Shown: positions 1 to 10,369, counted from the stretch's first letter. The stretch is DNA of 64,000 bases from Candidatus Poribacteria bacterium (GCA_046582655.1 JAYGDX010000141.1:17055-81054), one strand, 5' to 3'. Numbers and translations: made by a program. The notes: generated from the sequence alone by a model not told the origin.

Positions 1-756
1 GCTCCCTTGGAAAAGGTGGATGTACTGACTGATGTCGGTTATGACTATATTGAATTAATCGTTCAGAACGAACTGATGCCCGAGGCGGATGATACGGAGT
101 TCCAACAGACCTGTGACCGTGTAGCGGAGGCTGCCATCAAGCCGGAGGCTTATGCCTATTTCATCCCCGGTTACCTACGTGTAGTTGGAGATACAGTTGA
201 CCTTCCTCGCCTATCCGATTATGTCGAAACTGCCTGTCGGAGAGCAAAAGCGATTGGTGGAGAAATCATTGTTTATGGCAGTTGTCACTCCCGTAACCTT
301 CAGCCAAGCGATTCATACCAAACGGCGTTAGATCAAATAGCCGAGTTTCTAGATATGGCGGCTGGGCATGCGGAGGAACACGGTATTACAATCGTTATCG
401 AACCAATCTGCCACCTAGAAGGAAACATCATTCGGACAGTAGCCGAAGGTTTAGAAATGGCTAAACGTGTGAATCGTAAGGGAATTAAACTGTTAGCTGA
501 TCTTTATCACGTTTGGCAAGAAAACGAACCAATGGATAATATCCTAGAAGCGGCTGAATGGTTAGCACATGTCCACATCGCTGAACCAGTTAAACGTTCC
601 TATCCTGGTAATGATGATTTCGATTTCGGTGATTTCTTTACAGTCTTGAAAAAGGCTGGTTACCATGGCCGTGTTTCCTGCGAATGCAGTTTTGATAATT
701 TCGATCTAAATGTGGAAACAGCCTTACAAACTATGAAAACATACGCTGATATTTAA
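1..756 (+). CDS. Sugar phosphate isomerase/epimerase, xylose isomerase-like TIM barrel (AP_endonuc_2); 5' end probably outside the window
   Basis: Frame open from base 1; motifs GYDYIEL, IVIEPI, LLADLYHV, LAHVHIAE, GYHGRVSCEC match D-psicose/D-tagatose 3-epimerase-like metal ligands. Confidence 0.85.
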   Translation, partial: APLEKVDVLTDVGYDYIELIVQNELMPEADDTEFQQTCDRVAEAAIKPEAYAYFIPGYLRVVGDTVDLPRLSDYVETACRRAKAIGGEIIVYGSCHSRNLQPSDSYQTALDQIAEFLDMAAGHAEEHGITIVIEPICHLEGNIIRTVAEGLEMAKRVNRKGIKLLADLYHVWQENEPMDNILEAAEWLAHVHIAEPVKRSYPGNDDFDFGDFFTVLKKAGYHGRVSCECSFDNFDLNVETALQTMKTYADI

Positions 757-771
757 AAAAGGTGCGGACGA

Positions 772-1431
772 ATGAAGATTCAATTGTTTAATGGTAAAAA
801 TTTGGATGATTGGCTACCACGTGGAGAGCACTCCCAACACCAGTGGGATGTCGTTGGCCATGTCGGTTTAGATGCACAGAATCCCAAACAGTTCACTATT
901 GAAACGGGAGAAGGAGTTTTTTATAATGGTTCAACCGGACGAACGGTAGATCTTTATACCGAGTACCAACATGGTGATTGTGAATTACATATTGAGTTTG
1001 TTGTACCTCAGGGATCCAATTCCGGTGTATACTTCATGACTAAATACGAAATTCAGGTTCTTGATAGTTGGGGAGAAACGGATCTAAAATTCGAGACATG
1101 CGGCGGTGTTTATGCCCGATGGATCAATGAGCAGTCGGTAGGTGGGGCTCCTCCCCGAATCAATATGAGCAAACCTCCTGGTGAGTGGCAGACATATGAC
1201 ATTGTTTTTAAAGCACCTCGCTTTGACCAAGCAGGCAGTAAAACGGATAATGCGAAGTTTGTAAAAGTCATCTGGAATGGGGAAGTTGTACACGAGAATG
1301 TTGAAATCGATGGCCCCACGCGTGCCGCCATGCCGGGTGAAGAAACAGCCAAGGCGCCGTTGATGTTGCAGGGCGATCATGGCCCTGTGGCTTACCGCAA
1401 TGTCATATTGCGACCATTGGACGATAAATAG
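772..1431 (+). CDS. DUF1080 protein (3-keto-disaccharide hydrolase/hydratase family)
   Basis: LFNGKNLDDW, GSNSGVY, YEIQVLDS, PGEWQTYDI, LMLQGDHGPVAYRNV. Confidence 0.9.
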   Translation: MKIQLFNGKNLDDWLPRGEHSQHQWDVVGHVGLDAQNPKQFTIETGEGVFYNGSTGRTVDLYTEYQHGDCELHIEFVVPQGSNSGVYFMTKYEIQVLDSWGETDLKFETCGGVYARWINEQSVGGAPPRINMSKPPGEWQTYDIVFKAPRFDQAGSKTDNAKFVKVIWNGEVVHENVEIDGPTRAAMPGEETAKAPLMLQGDHGPVAYRNVILRPLDDK

Positions 1432-1481
1432 CCTGTTTTAACTAACCTAATTATCATAAATGCCACTTTGAATGCAGGCAC

Positions 1482-2411
1482 CTATTGTTTGTCAGCACGT
1501 CTAGTGTCGTGTTTATTGACTATGTAAATTCCGAAAGCGACAAGACCTGCTCCAATAATTAGACTTGGACTGACTTCGTCGTCCAAAAGTAAATAGCTGA
1601 GTAATACCCCAAAAAGTGGTGTGGTGAAAAATAAGACCACCAACTTACTTGGGCTATATTTTTTCAGAATCGATGTCCAGCTAACAAAACAGAATCCTGC
1701 TACAACCAATCCTTGGTAAAGAATAGCCATAACACCGGAAACAGACAACTGGTAGCTTACCCCGCGTTCTAAAAAGAAACTTAACCCGAAAAAACATGGC
1801 AAGCTAAAAATCATCATCCAGATTAAAAGGCGGCACGGATGAATAAACTGTACCAATCGTTTAGTTGCAACCACTCGAAGTCCTAACAAACAACCACTAG
1901 CCAAAACAACCAGATCACCAAACAAAGAAACTTGTACCTCAGATTGCAAATTTTTTCCGAACGTCAATAGTACACCACAAAAAGCGAGCACAATACCAAC
2001 CGTTTTGGTGAAATACAATCGATCACCAGGTATCCAAAAATGCGCAAATAAAGCCGTAAAAAACGGATATATGCTAATCAGGATCGTAGAACGTGATGCG
2101 TTGGTAAACTGGGTGCCAACATTCAATGAAATGATCTGCAATAGAAAAATTACAGACAAACATGTTAGCGGAACAAACTCTCCTGAATTCATAGCAATCC
2201 GAATACGCTGGGTAACTGACCAGCATCCAACGGCAAGAAGACCTAGAAGGAATCGAAAACCTGCCAGTGCCAGCGGAGGAATATCCTGTAATCCGATTTT
2301 AATTGAGACTGAATTACCACCCCAAAGCAAAGCGAGCAGTATCACAAAGATGATGATTTTTGTATCTGGTTGCTGATTGGCAATTTCAGATGTTTTCATG
2401 ATTTCGTCCAA
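1482..2411 (-). CDS. DMT/EamA family transporter (start may be ATG at 2399)
   Basis: About 10 hydrophobic segments; LLWGGN...IGL..IPPLALAGFRF; two EamA repeats. Confidence 0.9.
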   Translation of the reverse strand: MDEIMKTSEIANQQPDTKIIIFVILLALLWGGNSVSIKIGLQDIPPLALAGFRFLLGLLAVGCWSVTQRIRIAMNSGEFVPLTCLSVIFLLQIISLNVGTQFTNASRSTILISIYPFFTALFAHFWIPGDRLYFTKTVGIVLAFCGVLLTFGKNLQSEVQVSLFGDLVVLASGCLLGLRVVATKRLVQFIHPCRLLIWMMIFSLPCFFGLSFFLERGVSYQLSVSGVMAILYQGLVVAGFCFVSWTSILKKYSPSKLVVLFFTTPLFGVLLSYLLLDDEVSPSLIIGAGLVAFGIYIVNKHDTRRADKQ

Positions 2412-2871
2412 TAGACGCTTTTCTTATATAAAAATTGGGCTAAACAGACACAGTATATCCACGATTTCAAACATTGAGTTGGAGGTTATGATGCCTTGAT
2501 TTTGGTGACAAAACGCTATTTGGAATGCTCTCTTAACCTAATTTGACCATGCAATCCATCACCAGTTGAGTCTTCTTAATAATAACAGAATATCAGCCGA
2601 TGTGCGTATCAGTATCTAAGTCACAAGACACTTGAATTGAATCCATGTTTAATCATATAATGCATGTTCGGTGGTTTCAGGACACTCATCTCATTTATAA
2701 TCTATATGCCTGTTGCTTATCTTGATTAATTGTAGGATTCAGATCTAGTGATTCAATAACTAAGTGTAAACCACTAAATATTCAAATAACCTCACTTGGT
2801 AACTTAGGATAGGGGGTAAACTGCTTCTTGCCAATTTATTTCGATATAAAGGAAACATCAGGAGTAAAATT

Positions 2872-3615
2872 ATGACTCACCGATTTCTAACCTTAGTTGT
2901 TATTTCAAGTTTTTGCATAGTTGGTTGTTTAACTGAAAAACCAGAAAAAATATTAGAAACCTCAGAAGCAAATATACCTCAGACCGAAGAGGCCAACCTA
3001 ACCGTGGCTGAACTTTCTTTGTCATTGGCTAAATCAAGTTATCAACCTAAAGAACCGATTCACTTGGACATGACCATCAAAACTGGTAAGTTCGATTTAT
3101 TGGCACCTTATGTCACTGCCGGCGGAACAGGTGCTTTTACTAAACTCATAGTCAAAAATGAAGTGGGAGAAACTGTTAAACCCAAGCATCCGATCACCAT
3201 GGCCAATGAATCAAAAACTTTGATCTGGAATGGTAAAGAGGCACGAAGTATTCGAGGAATAAAACTGAGCACCAAAACAGAGAGGAAAGTTGCGTTGGAC
3301 AACCTACGCACTTATTATGATCTCACCTCTGGCGATTATACGCTACAGGTTTTGATGAACTTGAAAGTTTATCGCGATTTTCTGGCAGATCAATCCCCTC
3401 AAATTGTTGAAATTGAGCGCGAGATCGCAGAGATCCAAGGTTCGACAAAACTCCCCGCTGACGCTAAACGAGAAGCTACAACTCGGTTAAGAGAAGAGAT
3501 TGAGTATATCCAAAATCAAGAAAAAGAAAGATCAGATCGAATATACTTGCCCCTGGATTCTTACCGAGGTTCAACAAATCTTGAATCTAACATTACCATC
3601 CTGAAAATCGAATAA
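2872..3615 (+). CDS. Hypothetical lipoprotein
   Basis: AGGAG RBS upstream; signal peptide ending IVGC (lipobox); beta-rich body with a charged helical insert. Confidence 0.7.
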   Translation: MTHRFLTLVVISSFCIVGCLTEKPEKILETSEANIPQTEEANLTVAELSLSLAKSSYQPKEPIHLDMTIKTGKFDLLAPYVTAGGTGAFTKLIVKNEVGETVKPKHPITMANESKTLIWNGKEARSIRGIKLSTKTERKVALDNLRTYYDLTSGDYTLQVLMNLKVYRDFLADQSPQIVEIEREIAEIQGSTKLPADAKREATTRLREEIEYIQNQEKERSDRIYLPLDSYRGSTNLESNITILKIE

Positions 3616-3794
3616 GGTTGATCCAAAATTATTCAACTGCTATTCTGGGTCTCTATGTTCCAGTTGTACAACTAAGCTAGGCATTTTGCCGTATTAACCT
3701 CGAGGAATTATGCAATAGGGCATCATCGGAAGGACAGTTACAAGGCAAATATATATAAATTGAATTTCTGTAGCTTCTCTTTTGTTTCTTTGAT

Positions 3795-4592
3795 TTAACC
3801 AAATTCGCCGATAATACGCTGAACAATTTTTTTCTGAATCGCTGTATCAGATGGTTTTTCCAATTCATAGACTTGATCTGAAATTAGGTGCTTGTACTGT
3901 TCAACTGGGCCACCTCCGGAGTGATTTCCCATATAGCGATTGAAGATTGTTATGCGCGGATAATTTTCTGTCCAACGTCTAGCACCGTGGTAGAGTGCTT
4001 CCGTAAAAATGATGCAGTCGCCTGCGCTGACCGGAACATTAATAACAGTTGGTGGCCCTTGGTAAATCGATATATTATCAGGTGCCTGAAAGTTTCTTTT
4101 ATGACTGCCGATTAAGCAAACAAATCCTGTTTCATTCGGTACATCCACCAGCGAAGTTGCTGCGTTTAGAAAGCCGGCGTACAGTTGACCTTCACAGACT
4201 GTGTAATCTGTACCAGAAGCGTGAAAATGGATATCATCTGATTCTACAGTATTTCTGGTCAGTGCAGTGTCAACCAGAGTCGGATTACCTTTGGTCAATG
4301 ATATAACGACACGCATAATTTCTTTGTTCAACACCAGCTTTTGAAAAACCTGATCACCATACTGAATATTATTGATCCATCGAGCTATTGTTGGCGAATA
4401 ATCTGGGTGAGTATCCGCAGTCGAAGTCAGCGGTTGCGGCAGATCTTCTAACTTCATTGCGTGCCACTGATGGCCAAGTTTAACCATTTTCTCGATGTCC
4501 TGCTGCGGTATAACTTCTCTCAGGATAAGGAACCCATGGTGGTCGAAATACCATTTTTCTTCTAGGGTTAACATGTCTACATTAGGTCGCAA
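3795..4592 (-). CDS. Phytanoyl-CoA dioxygenase (PhyH) family Fe/2OG oxygenase, HxS variant
   Basis: LTLEEKWYFDHHGFLIL, CLIGSHK, AGDCIIFTEALYHGA; first His motif is FHAS instead of HxD. Confidence 0.85.
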   Translation of the reverse strand: MRPNVDMLTLEEKWYFDHHGFLILREVIPQQDIEKMVKLGHQWHAMKLEDLPQPLTSTADTHPDYSPTIARWINNIQYGDQVFQKLVLNKEIMRVVISLTKGNPTLVDTALTRNTVESDDIHFHASGTDYTVCEGQLYAGFLNAATSLVDVPNETGFVCLIGSHKRNFQAPDNISIYQGPPTVINVPVSAGDCIIFTEALYHGARRWTENYPRITIFNRYMGNHSGGGPVEQYKHLISDQVYELEKPSDTAIQKKIVQRIIGEFG

Positions 4593-4632
4593 AATTATAG
4601 TTTCTCACCTAGATGGAATATTTTTGTTGATT

Positions 4633-5535
4633 CTATCGGTTGAAAATCCCATTCATAGATGCTAACGCAATTCTGATAGCTTCTACAAATTTTGTTCGTT
4701 TTCCAATTCCTAATAATTCTAGATCAGAACAGTCCAGTTGACAATTCTGAGGTCTTGGTGCGCCGGCAGGCGGATGTTTACCTGGGATGATATGATCTAC
4801 ATCAGCTCCCCAAACTTCAGCCATGGTATGAGCCATATGGTATTTCGTCATCGGTTGATTGCCAGACCAGTGATATGTTCCATTGAAGTCAGGATTTTGT
4901 GCCCGATGCTCTAGGATCTGGTGACAAACATAAGCAACATCATCAACATAGGTCGGATATCGGGTTGCCCAATCATCGATTTCAATTTCCGATCGGCTAA
5001 CCACAGCTTCAGCAACTTGGGTAACGGAAGATTCATCCAAAGTCTCAACCTTTCCGTAAAGAATAGGGAGTCTTAAGCTCCCTCCGCTTACTACATTTTG
5101 CCATATCATTTTTTCACCTTCGAGTTTGCTTTCTCCATAAAGATTCAAAGGATTGGTAGCGGAATTTGGGGTATAAGGTGGTAATGTCCCGTCAAAGACA
5201 TAATTAGTAGAGATATATAACATCCATGACTTGATCTGGCTGGCAACACAAGCGATATTCCCGGTAGCGTGTATGTTAAGCGCCTTGGTTGTTTCAGGAT
5301 CGTTTTGACAAACGTCAGGTCTCCGTTCGGCGGCAGCGTGAATGATGAAATCTGGATTGTGTAAGACAAGAAATTCTGACACGGAATCAAAATCCAAGAG
5401 ATCCAGCTTAACAAGATTGGTGTTTGCACGGTTAAATGCTGTACCAATCACCGTGAATTTAGATTGTTCCTGGAATTCCCTAACTAAAGCGCGTCCAAGC
5501 AAACCAGAGGCACCGGTGATGACAACTTTGCGCAT
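4633..5535 (-). CDS. Extended SDR, RmlD (dTDP-4-dehydrorhamnose reductase)/MAT2B-like
   Basis: TGASGLLG, HAAAERRPDVC, ISTNYVFDG, YGESK, RLPILYG, GAPRPQNCQLD. Confidence 0.85.
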   Translation of the reverse strand: MRKVVITGASGLLGRALVREFQEQSKFTVIGTAFNRANTNLVKLDLLDFDSVSEFLVLHNPDFIIHAAAERRPDVCQNDPETTKALNIHATGNIACVASQIKSWMLYISTNYVFDGTLPPYTPNSATNPLNLYGESKLEGEKMIWQNVVSGGSLRLPILYGKVETLDESSVTQVAEAVVSRSEIEIDDWATRYPTYVDDVAYVCHQILEHRAQNPDFNGTYHWSGNQPMTKYHMAHTMAEVWGADVDHIIPGKHPPAGAPRPQNCQLDCSDLELLGIGKRTKFVEAIRIALASMNGIFNR

Positions 5536-5550
5536 GATCCTCCCAATTTA

Positions 5551-7191
5551 TTACTGATTAGAACAGATAATAATCTCACCGACCGACAAGTTAACTTCCT
5601 CCCAGTTGGAACTTGGATTAACTAGACGCCAGGCAAAACTGAGATCAATATTACTACCATTATAAAACACTATCCGGTATTGTCGGCAGAATTTCAGTTG
5701 AACTAGAGACAACAACTGGGGCGGGATCAATTTCCCACCTGAAGATTGTCTAATCTCAATTACCGAATTAAGTTGACCTTGATCAAGAGATAAACCTAGC
5801 AGAAGTTTCCCATAACATCCAGTAACGGCACCGGTTCCCCAGTTGCGACCATGTCCGGCAGCAACGGAGCAAATAGCACCACCCATGTCAGCGTGTTCTC
5901 TGCCACCACGAAGCACACGCCGGGCAATTGACAATCGCGTTACAGCACTTTTAAAAGCTCGCATGGCATAAACAGGATCATCTGTTAATTCGTAGGCAAG
6001 TGATAGTGTAGCGGTCGAAGGTTCCTGAATTGGAATAACTGATCCATCCTCAGACCATTCTCCCCATAGCGCCATATCCGCTCGTTTACCAACGCCTAAT
6101 CCGCGAATCTTCCGTCTTTCTGGAAAGATCAAGGCAAGTTGATCCGGCGGCGAATCTGGAAATTTCCCAATCTGAGTTTCGATTAATGGATCAAAACTCG
6201 AATCCTGAAACGTGATTCGATAGTAACTGATTACAGCCGCTCCTGGATCGTTGTATGGATCAACAAGTGTTGGAATTAGTGGTTCAACAATTTTCCGTGT
6301 TGCCTGTTGGAAAATGGGGTCACCTGATAAAAGATAGAGATCTCCAAGCGCGTAAACCGCGCCAGATGCAAGCAGATTTTCAATCCCACCTAGTCTATTT
6401 CCGGAGTGGTGATGATGACTGTTAGCTAACGAATGAAGACCAAGCTGGTTAACCTGGGTTGGACTCAGAGCGTTCCCATCAAGATCCCATAGTAATGGTA
6501 TTTCAGGCCAACTGAGAATACGTGCTGCCCGTTTTCGTCCATACCGTATTGACCAATCAAGGTAGCGTTGATCTGTCGAGACTTTATAAGCGGCAAGAGC
6601 GAGATGAATGAAACGAAAGTGCTCAGCCAACTCGTAAGAATTTTTCCCGTCTTCACGAACTTCCTGCGTACCAATAAAAAAGCTGTGAAAAACGTCACGA
6701 TTATAATCATACCAGTCTGGAATGGAATCAACCCAGTTTCCAATATGCTCTGCCGCATCGAGCAATAACGAAACGGCTTCTTGATCATCCGGTACCAATC
6801 CAATATAACGTGGCAAAAAAAGCAGAAACGGTTCTGGGCCATGATGCGCTTCTGCAACCGGTTCATAACCGTGAAAACACTCTCGATCTACCCAGCCTGA
6901 GAGGGCTAGTTTTAGATTTTGACAGTGATCCAAGACATCCGTACTGCCCGTAACCAAATAGTGGTCAAACCATGCCAGAGCATAATTTGCTTCATCTTCT
7001 CCACCTTGGTTAGGCCCAGGCGGATCTAAGCGAACGCTTTGTTTCAACCACTGATCCATCTCATGACGAAGATCTGCGTAGTATACGTAACATTGCTGAA
7101 TCGGATCATCTGAACCGGCAATTGTTCTTGGTCCCACTTTCCCAACCTTTATGAATCCCTTATCTCTTGCCAGGTATATTTGTTTCTGCAT
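5551..7191 (-). CDS. Hypothetical protein, probable (alpha/alpha)-toroid (six-hairpin glycosidase-like)
   Basis: 546-aa ORF with repeated helices such as LAAYKVSTDQRYLDW, LYLLSGDPIFQQA, LAYELTDDPVY. Confidence 0.65.
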   Translation of the reverse strand: MQKQIYLARDKGFIKVGKVGPRTIAGSDDPIQQCYVYYADLRHEMDQWLKQSVRLDPPGPNQGGEDEANYALAWFDHYLVTGSTDVLDHCQNLKLALSGWVDRECFHGYEPVAEAHHGPEPFLLFLPRYIGLVPDDQEAVSLLLDAAEHIGNWVDSIPDWYDYNRDVFHSFFIGTQEVREDGKNSYELAEHFRFIHLALAAYKVSTDQRYLDWSIRYGRKRAARILSWPEIPLLWDLDGNALSPTQVNQLGLHSLANSHHHHSGNRLGGIENLLASGAVYALGDLYLLSGDPIFQQATRKIVEPLIPTLVDPYNDPGAAVISYYRITFQDSSFDPLIETQIGKFPDSPPDQLALIFPERRKIRGLGVGKRADMALWGEWSEDGSVIPIQEPSTATLSLAYELTDDPVYAMRAFKSAVTRLSIARRVLRGGREHADMGGAICSVAAGHGRNWGTGAVTGCYGKLLLGLSLDQGQLNSVIEIRQSSGGKLIPPQLLSLVQLKFCRQYRIVFYNGSNIDLSFAWRLVNPSSNWEEVNLSVGEIIICSNQ

Positions 7192-7418
7192 AGAGAGCTA
7201 TCTTGACAAATTTTCAAACGACAGACTGGCAAATTTTATAGATTGCTGACAGGATGAATTACGTGGTAAACTCACTTAAAGCACCTTTAAAAAGACACCG
7301 ACTGGTTTGAAAATCGTCTATTTTAGAGCATATCATCCCTCGATCAACCTGTCAATTCAACTCTTTTAAGTTCATTTGATGAAATAACATTCTAACATGT
7401 AAGGAGAAACCATTTTCT

Positions 7419-8234
7419 GTGGCTAATTCACCAGAACTTTGTGAAGATCAACTTCAATTCTTTGCCACCTTTGGCTATATCGTCCTGCAACAGTTATTAA
7501 CACCTGAGGATCTGGAAATTCTTGCCGCTGAAATCGATCAAGGACTGGATGTCCAATTTCCGCATAAACCCTTCGATGGCAGTCAGCGACAATGGAGCCG
7601 AATGACAGATGAAACCACACCATTTTCCGCCTCATTGATGGAAGATGTTCGGTTCTTGACCCCAGCACAGCAGATCTGTGGAGAGGACGTACTCGGAATC
7701 GGTATAGATGCAAATCGCTATGTCGGCGATACTGGCTGGCATTCTGACACAGGAAATCCTCAACAGATTGCTGTCAAGTATATTTTTTATCTTGATCCGG
7801 TTACGGCTAAAACCGGAGCTTTGCGTGTGATTCTGGGATCTCATCTATTACAAGAAACCGAACGCCGAATCTTTGCGAAAGGAATTCAAAATACTCCGCT
7901 TCAGGAGGTACCTTGCCAGACGATAAATACGAACCCAGGAGACGTGATCGCTTTTGATGTTCGTACATGGCACGCGTCCTACGGAGGCAGTCAAAATAGG
8001 CGTGCGTGCAATCTGGACTACTTTCAGAACCCAAAAGCTTCCGACGATATTGAATTACTTCTGCAGCTTGGAAGATCTCATGCTGGTTCTATTAATCACT
8101 TCAACACCAAGCGCAAATTTAACTATTCCAAAAACTGGCTAAAAAATCCACATCAAAGTCAAATTAGACAACGCTGGATAGATCGGTTCCATGAGATTGG
8201 TTATCTTGATCAGCCCGGGGTTGCTGAATTATAA
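7419..8234 (+). CDS. PhyH family Fe/2OG dioxygenase (canonical HxD...H)
   Basis: AAGGAG RBS; FFATFGYIVL, GWHSD, ALRVILGSH, PGDVIAFDVRTWHAS. Confidence 0.9.
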   Translation: MANSPELCEDQLQFFATFGYIVLQQLLTPEDLEILAAEIDQGLDVQFPHKPFDGSQRQWSRMTDETTPFSASLMEDVRFLTPAQQICGEDVLGIGIDANRYVGDTGWHSDTGNPQQIAVKYIFYLDPVTAKTGALRVILGSHLLQETERRIFAKGIQNTPLQEVPCQTINTNPGDVIAFDVRTWHASYGGSQNRRACNLDYFQNPKASDDIELLLQLGRSHAGSINHFNTKRKFNYSKNWLKNPHQSQIRQRWIDRFHEIGYLDQPGVAEL

Positions 8235-8241
8235 ACATACC

Positions 8242-9178
8242 ATGACGAAATTGAGTGTGTCACCATTGTCAGTAGAACTAGTTTTTATGGTGACTGTGCT
8301 AGGATGTGGTGAGACTGAAAAGCAGAGAGTTGTGGATTCAGAACGGAACTCCGTGAAAACCCAATTAGTTGATGATAGACAGGTAAGTAAAATAACCTTT
8401 AAATCCAACAGAGACGGAAATGACGAGATCTATGCTATTAATGTAAATAGAACTGGCCTGATGAAAATTACGCATCATCCAGCCAGAGATTACTATCCGT
8501 CTTGGTCGCCAGATGGAGATAGAATTGTTTTCTCTTCAGATCGGGACGGAAACTTAGAGATTTATACTACTAAAGTTAGACGGGACTAATGCAACACGGC
8601 GTACGAAACATCCGCAGGAAGATCATGATCCATCTTGGTCGCCAGATGGGAACAAGATTGCTTTCTCTTCCGGCAGGAACGGAAACTTAGAGATTTATAC
8701 CTTAGACTTAGACAGAACGGATTTAACTAGGCTAACCAACAACATATCCAAAGACTATGATCCATCTTGGTCACCAAACGGGGATCAGATTGCTTTTTCC
8801 TCCAAAAGGGACGGGAACTTTGAAATCTATGTCATGAAAGCGGATGGAACTGATGTAACCCGACTCACCAATCATAATGCCGAAGATTACTATCCATCTT
8901 GGTCACCAGATGGAAATAGAATTGCTTTTTCCTCCAAAAGGGATGGGAATTTTGAAATCTATGCCATGAAGGTAGATAGACCTCACATCACCAGACTAAC
9001 TCATAGTCCTGATGTGGACCAAGACCCAACTTGGGCACCAAGCGGAAATAGAATTGCTTTCTCTTCCAAAAGGGACGGGAACTTTGAAATCTATGTCATG
9101 AAAGCGGATGGGACTGATGTAACCCGACTCACCAATCATAATGCCGAAGATTACTATCCGTCTTGGTCGCCATTCTAA
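8242..9178 (+). pseudogene. TolB-like six-bladed PD40 beta-propeller lipoprotein, +1 frameshift near 8578
   Basis: Lipobox VLGC; six 44-aa repeats (IAFSSxRDGNxEIY...PSWSPDG). Frame 1 stops at 8589, but the repeat continues in the +1 frame from 8579 (DGTNATRRTKHP...). Confidence 0.8.
8789..9172 (+). repeat. 120-bp direct repeat (8789-8908 and 9053-9172), propeller blades 4 and 6
   Basis: Five mismatches in 120 bp, all synonymous third positions; spacing 264 bp = 2 x 44 codons. Confidence 0.9.
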
Positions 9179-9385
9179 CTCAATCTTTGTAATCAAGAAC
9201 AGGAATTAAGCATGTGGTTAGTTGTAATTCTTTCCTCTCCCGGTTCAATGTGAACGCGGTGAACCTGTCAGCAATAGATCTATTAACCTCTAAATTAATT
9301 TCAGTAGAATTATTGACGGTAACAGGGTTCTCTGCTACAATTATCCATCTGGATTTGTTTGCCTTTGGAAAAGAATACGAGGAAT

Positions 9386-10369
9386 ATGATGGAAGAAGCA
9401 AAAATTGGTTTTATCGGCTGCGGCGGTAATGCTAGCGGCCATATGAACACGCTAGAGAACATTGACGGTGCTAGAATAGTTGCGACCTGCGATATTGATG
9501 AAAACCGAGCCAATGCAGCAGCGCAAAAGCATAATGCTAATCCATATACAGATCATCGTTCTATGCTGGAACGCGCTGACTTGGATGCCATATATCTAAG
9601 TCTACCCGTATTTGCCCATGGCCAGCCGGAGTTGGACGTGATTGATAGAGGTCTGCCGTTTTTGGTCGAGAAACCTGTTGCTATCGAAATGGACATTGCG
9701 CATCAAGTTGAAGAGGCTGTTCGCAAAGCGGACCTAATTACCTGTGTTGGTTATCAGTTAAGATACCTAGGGGCGACAAAATTCGCACGCCAGATTTTGG
9801 CAAAGAACGATGTTAGTATGGGAATCGGCAAATACTGGAGTGGTACCGGTCGGGGCAATCCAGACGTCTGGATTCGCCAAATGAATAAATCAGGTGGGCA
9901 ACTGCTGGAACAGGCAACACATACAATCGACATGATGCGATATTTGCTTGGCGAGGTCGAAGAGGTCCATGCCATGCAGACTAGCCGGGTATTAACTGAG
10001 ATTGATTGTCCCGATAGTAATATTGTGTCATTGAAGTTTGAAAATGGCGCCGTCGGTTCACTCACAGCTTACTGGGCTTTCGATAATGGTGATTGGTCAC
10101 ATACCAATGTAGTTGATGTCCTATATAAAGATCAGTTAATCAACTGGAATCCAAGTCGCTTGAGAATCAAAGAAAACGGTGAATATGTTGATAAAACGGA
10201 AGCCAGCCCTTCAATAGACGAAGTCTTTGTTGAAGCAGTTAGATCGGGCAACAGATCGCAGATTCTCAGCCCATACGCTGACGCAGTCAAAACCATGGCA
10301 GTGTCAATTGCCGCCAATCAATCTGGGTGCACAGGAAAGTCCATAAAGATCAGTAACCTGTCAAATTGA
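9386..10369 (+). CDS. Gfo/Idh/MocA family oxidoreductase
   Basis: GAGGA RBS; IGFIGCGG, LVEKPVA, VGYQLRY, SGGQLLEQATHTID. Confidence 0.92.
   Translation: MMEEAKIGFIGCGGNASGHMNTLENIDGARIVATCDIDENRANAAAQKHNANPYTDHRSMLERADLDAIYLSLPVFAHGQPELDVIDRGLPFLVEKPVAIEMDIAHQVEEAVRKADLITCVGYQLRYLGATKFARQILAKNDVSMGIGKYWSGTGRGNPDVWIRQMNKSGGQLLEQATHTIDMMRYLLGEVEEVHAMQTSRVLTEIDCPDSNIVSLKFENGAVGSLTAYWAFDNGDWSHTNVVDVLYKDQLINWNPSRLRIKENGEYVDKTEASPSIDEVFVEAVRSGNRSQILSPYADAVKTMAVSIAANQSGCTGKSIKISNLSN

Noticed and set aside
2632..2661. TTGAAT-N18-TATAAT promoter-like match
   Set aside because: AT-rich region where chance matches are common; 210 bp from the next start
8789..9172. DGR template/variable repeat pair or CRISPR-like repeat
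   Set aside because: Differences are synonymous and not all at adenines, both copies are in-frame protein blades, and there is no reverse transcriptase or cas gene
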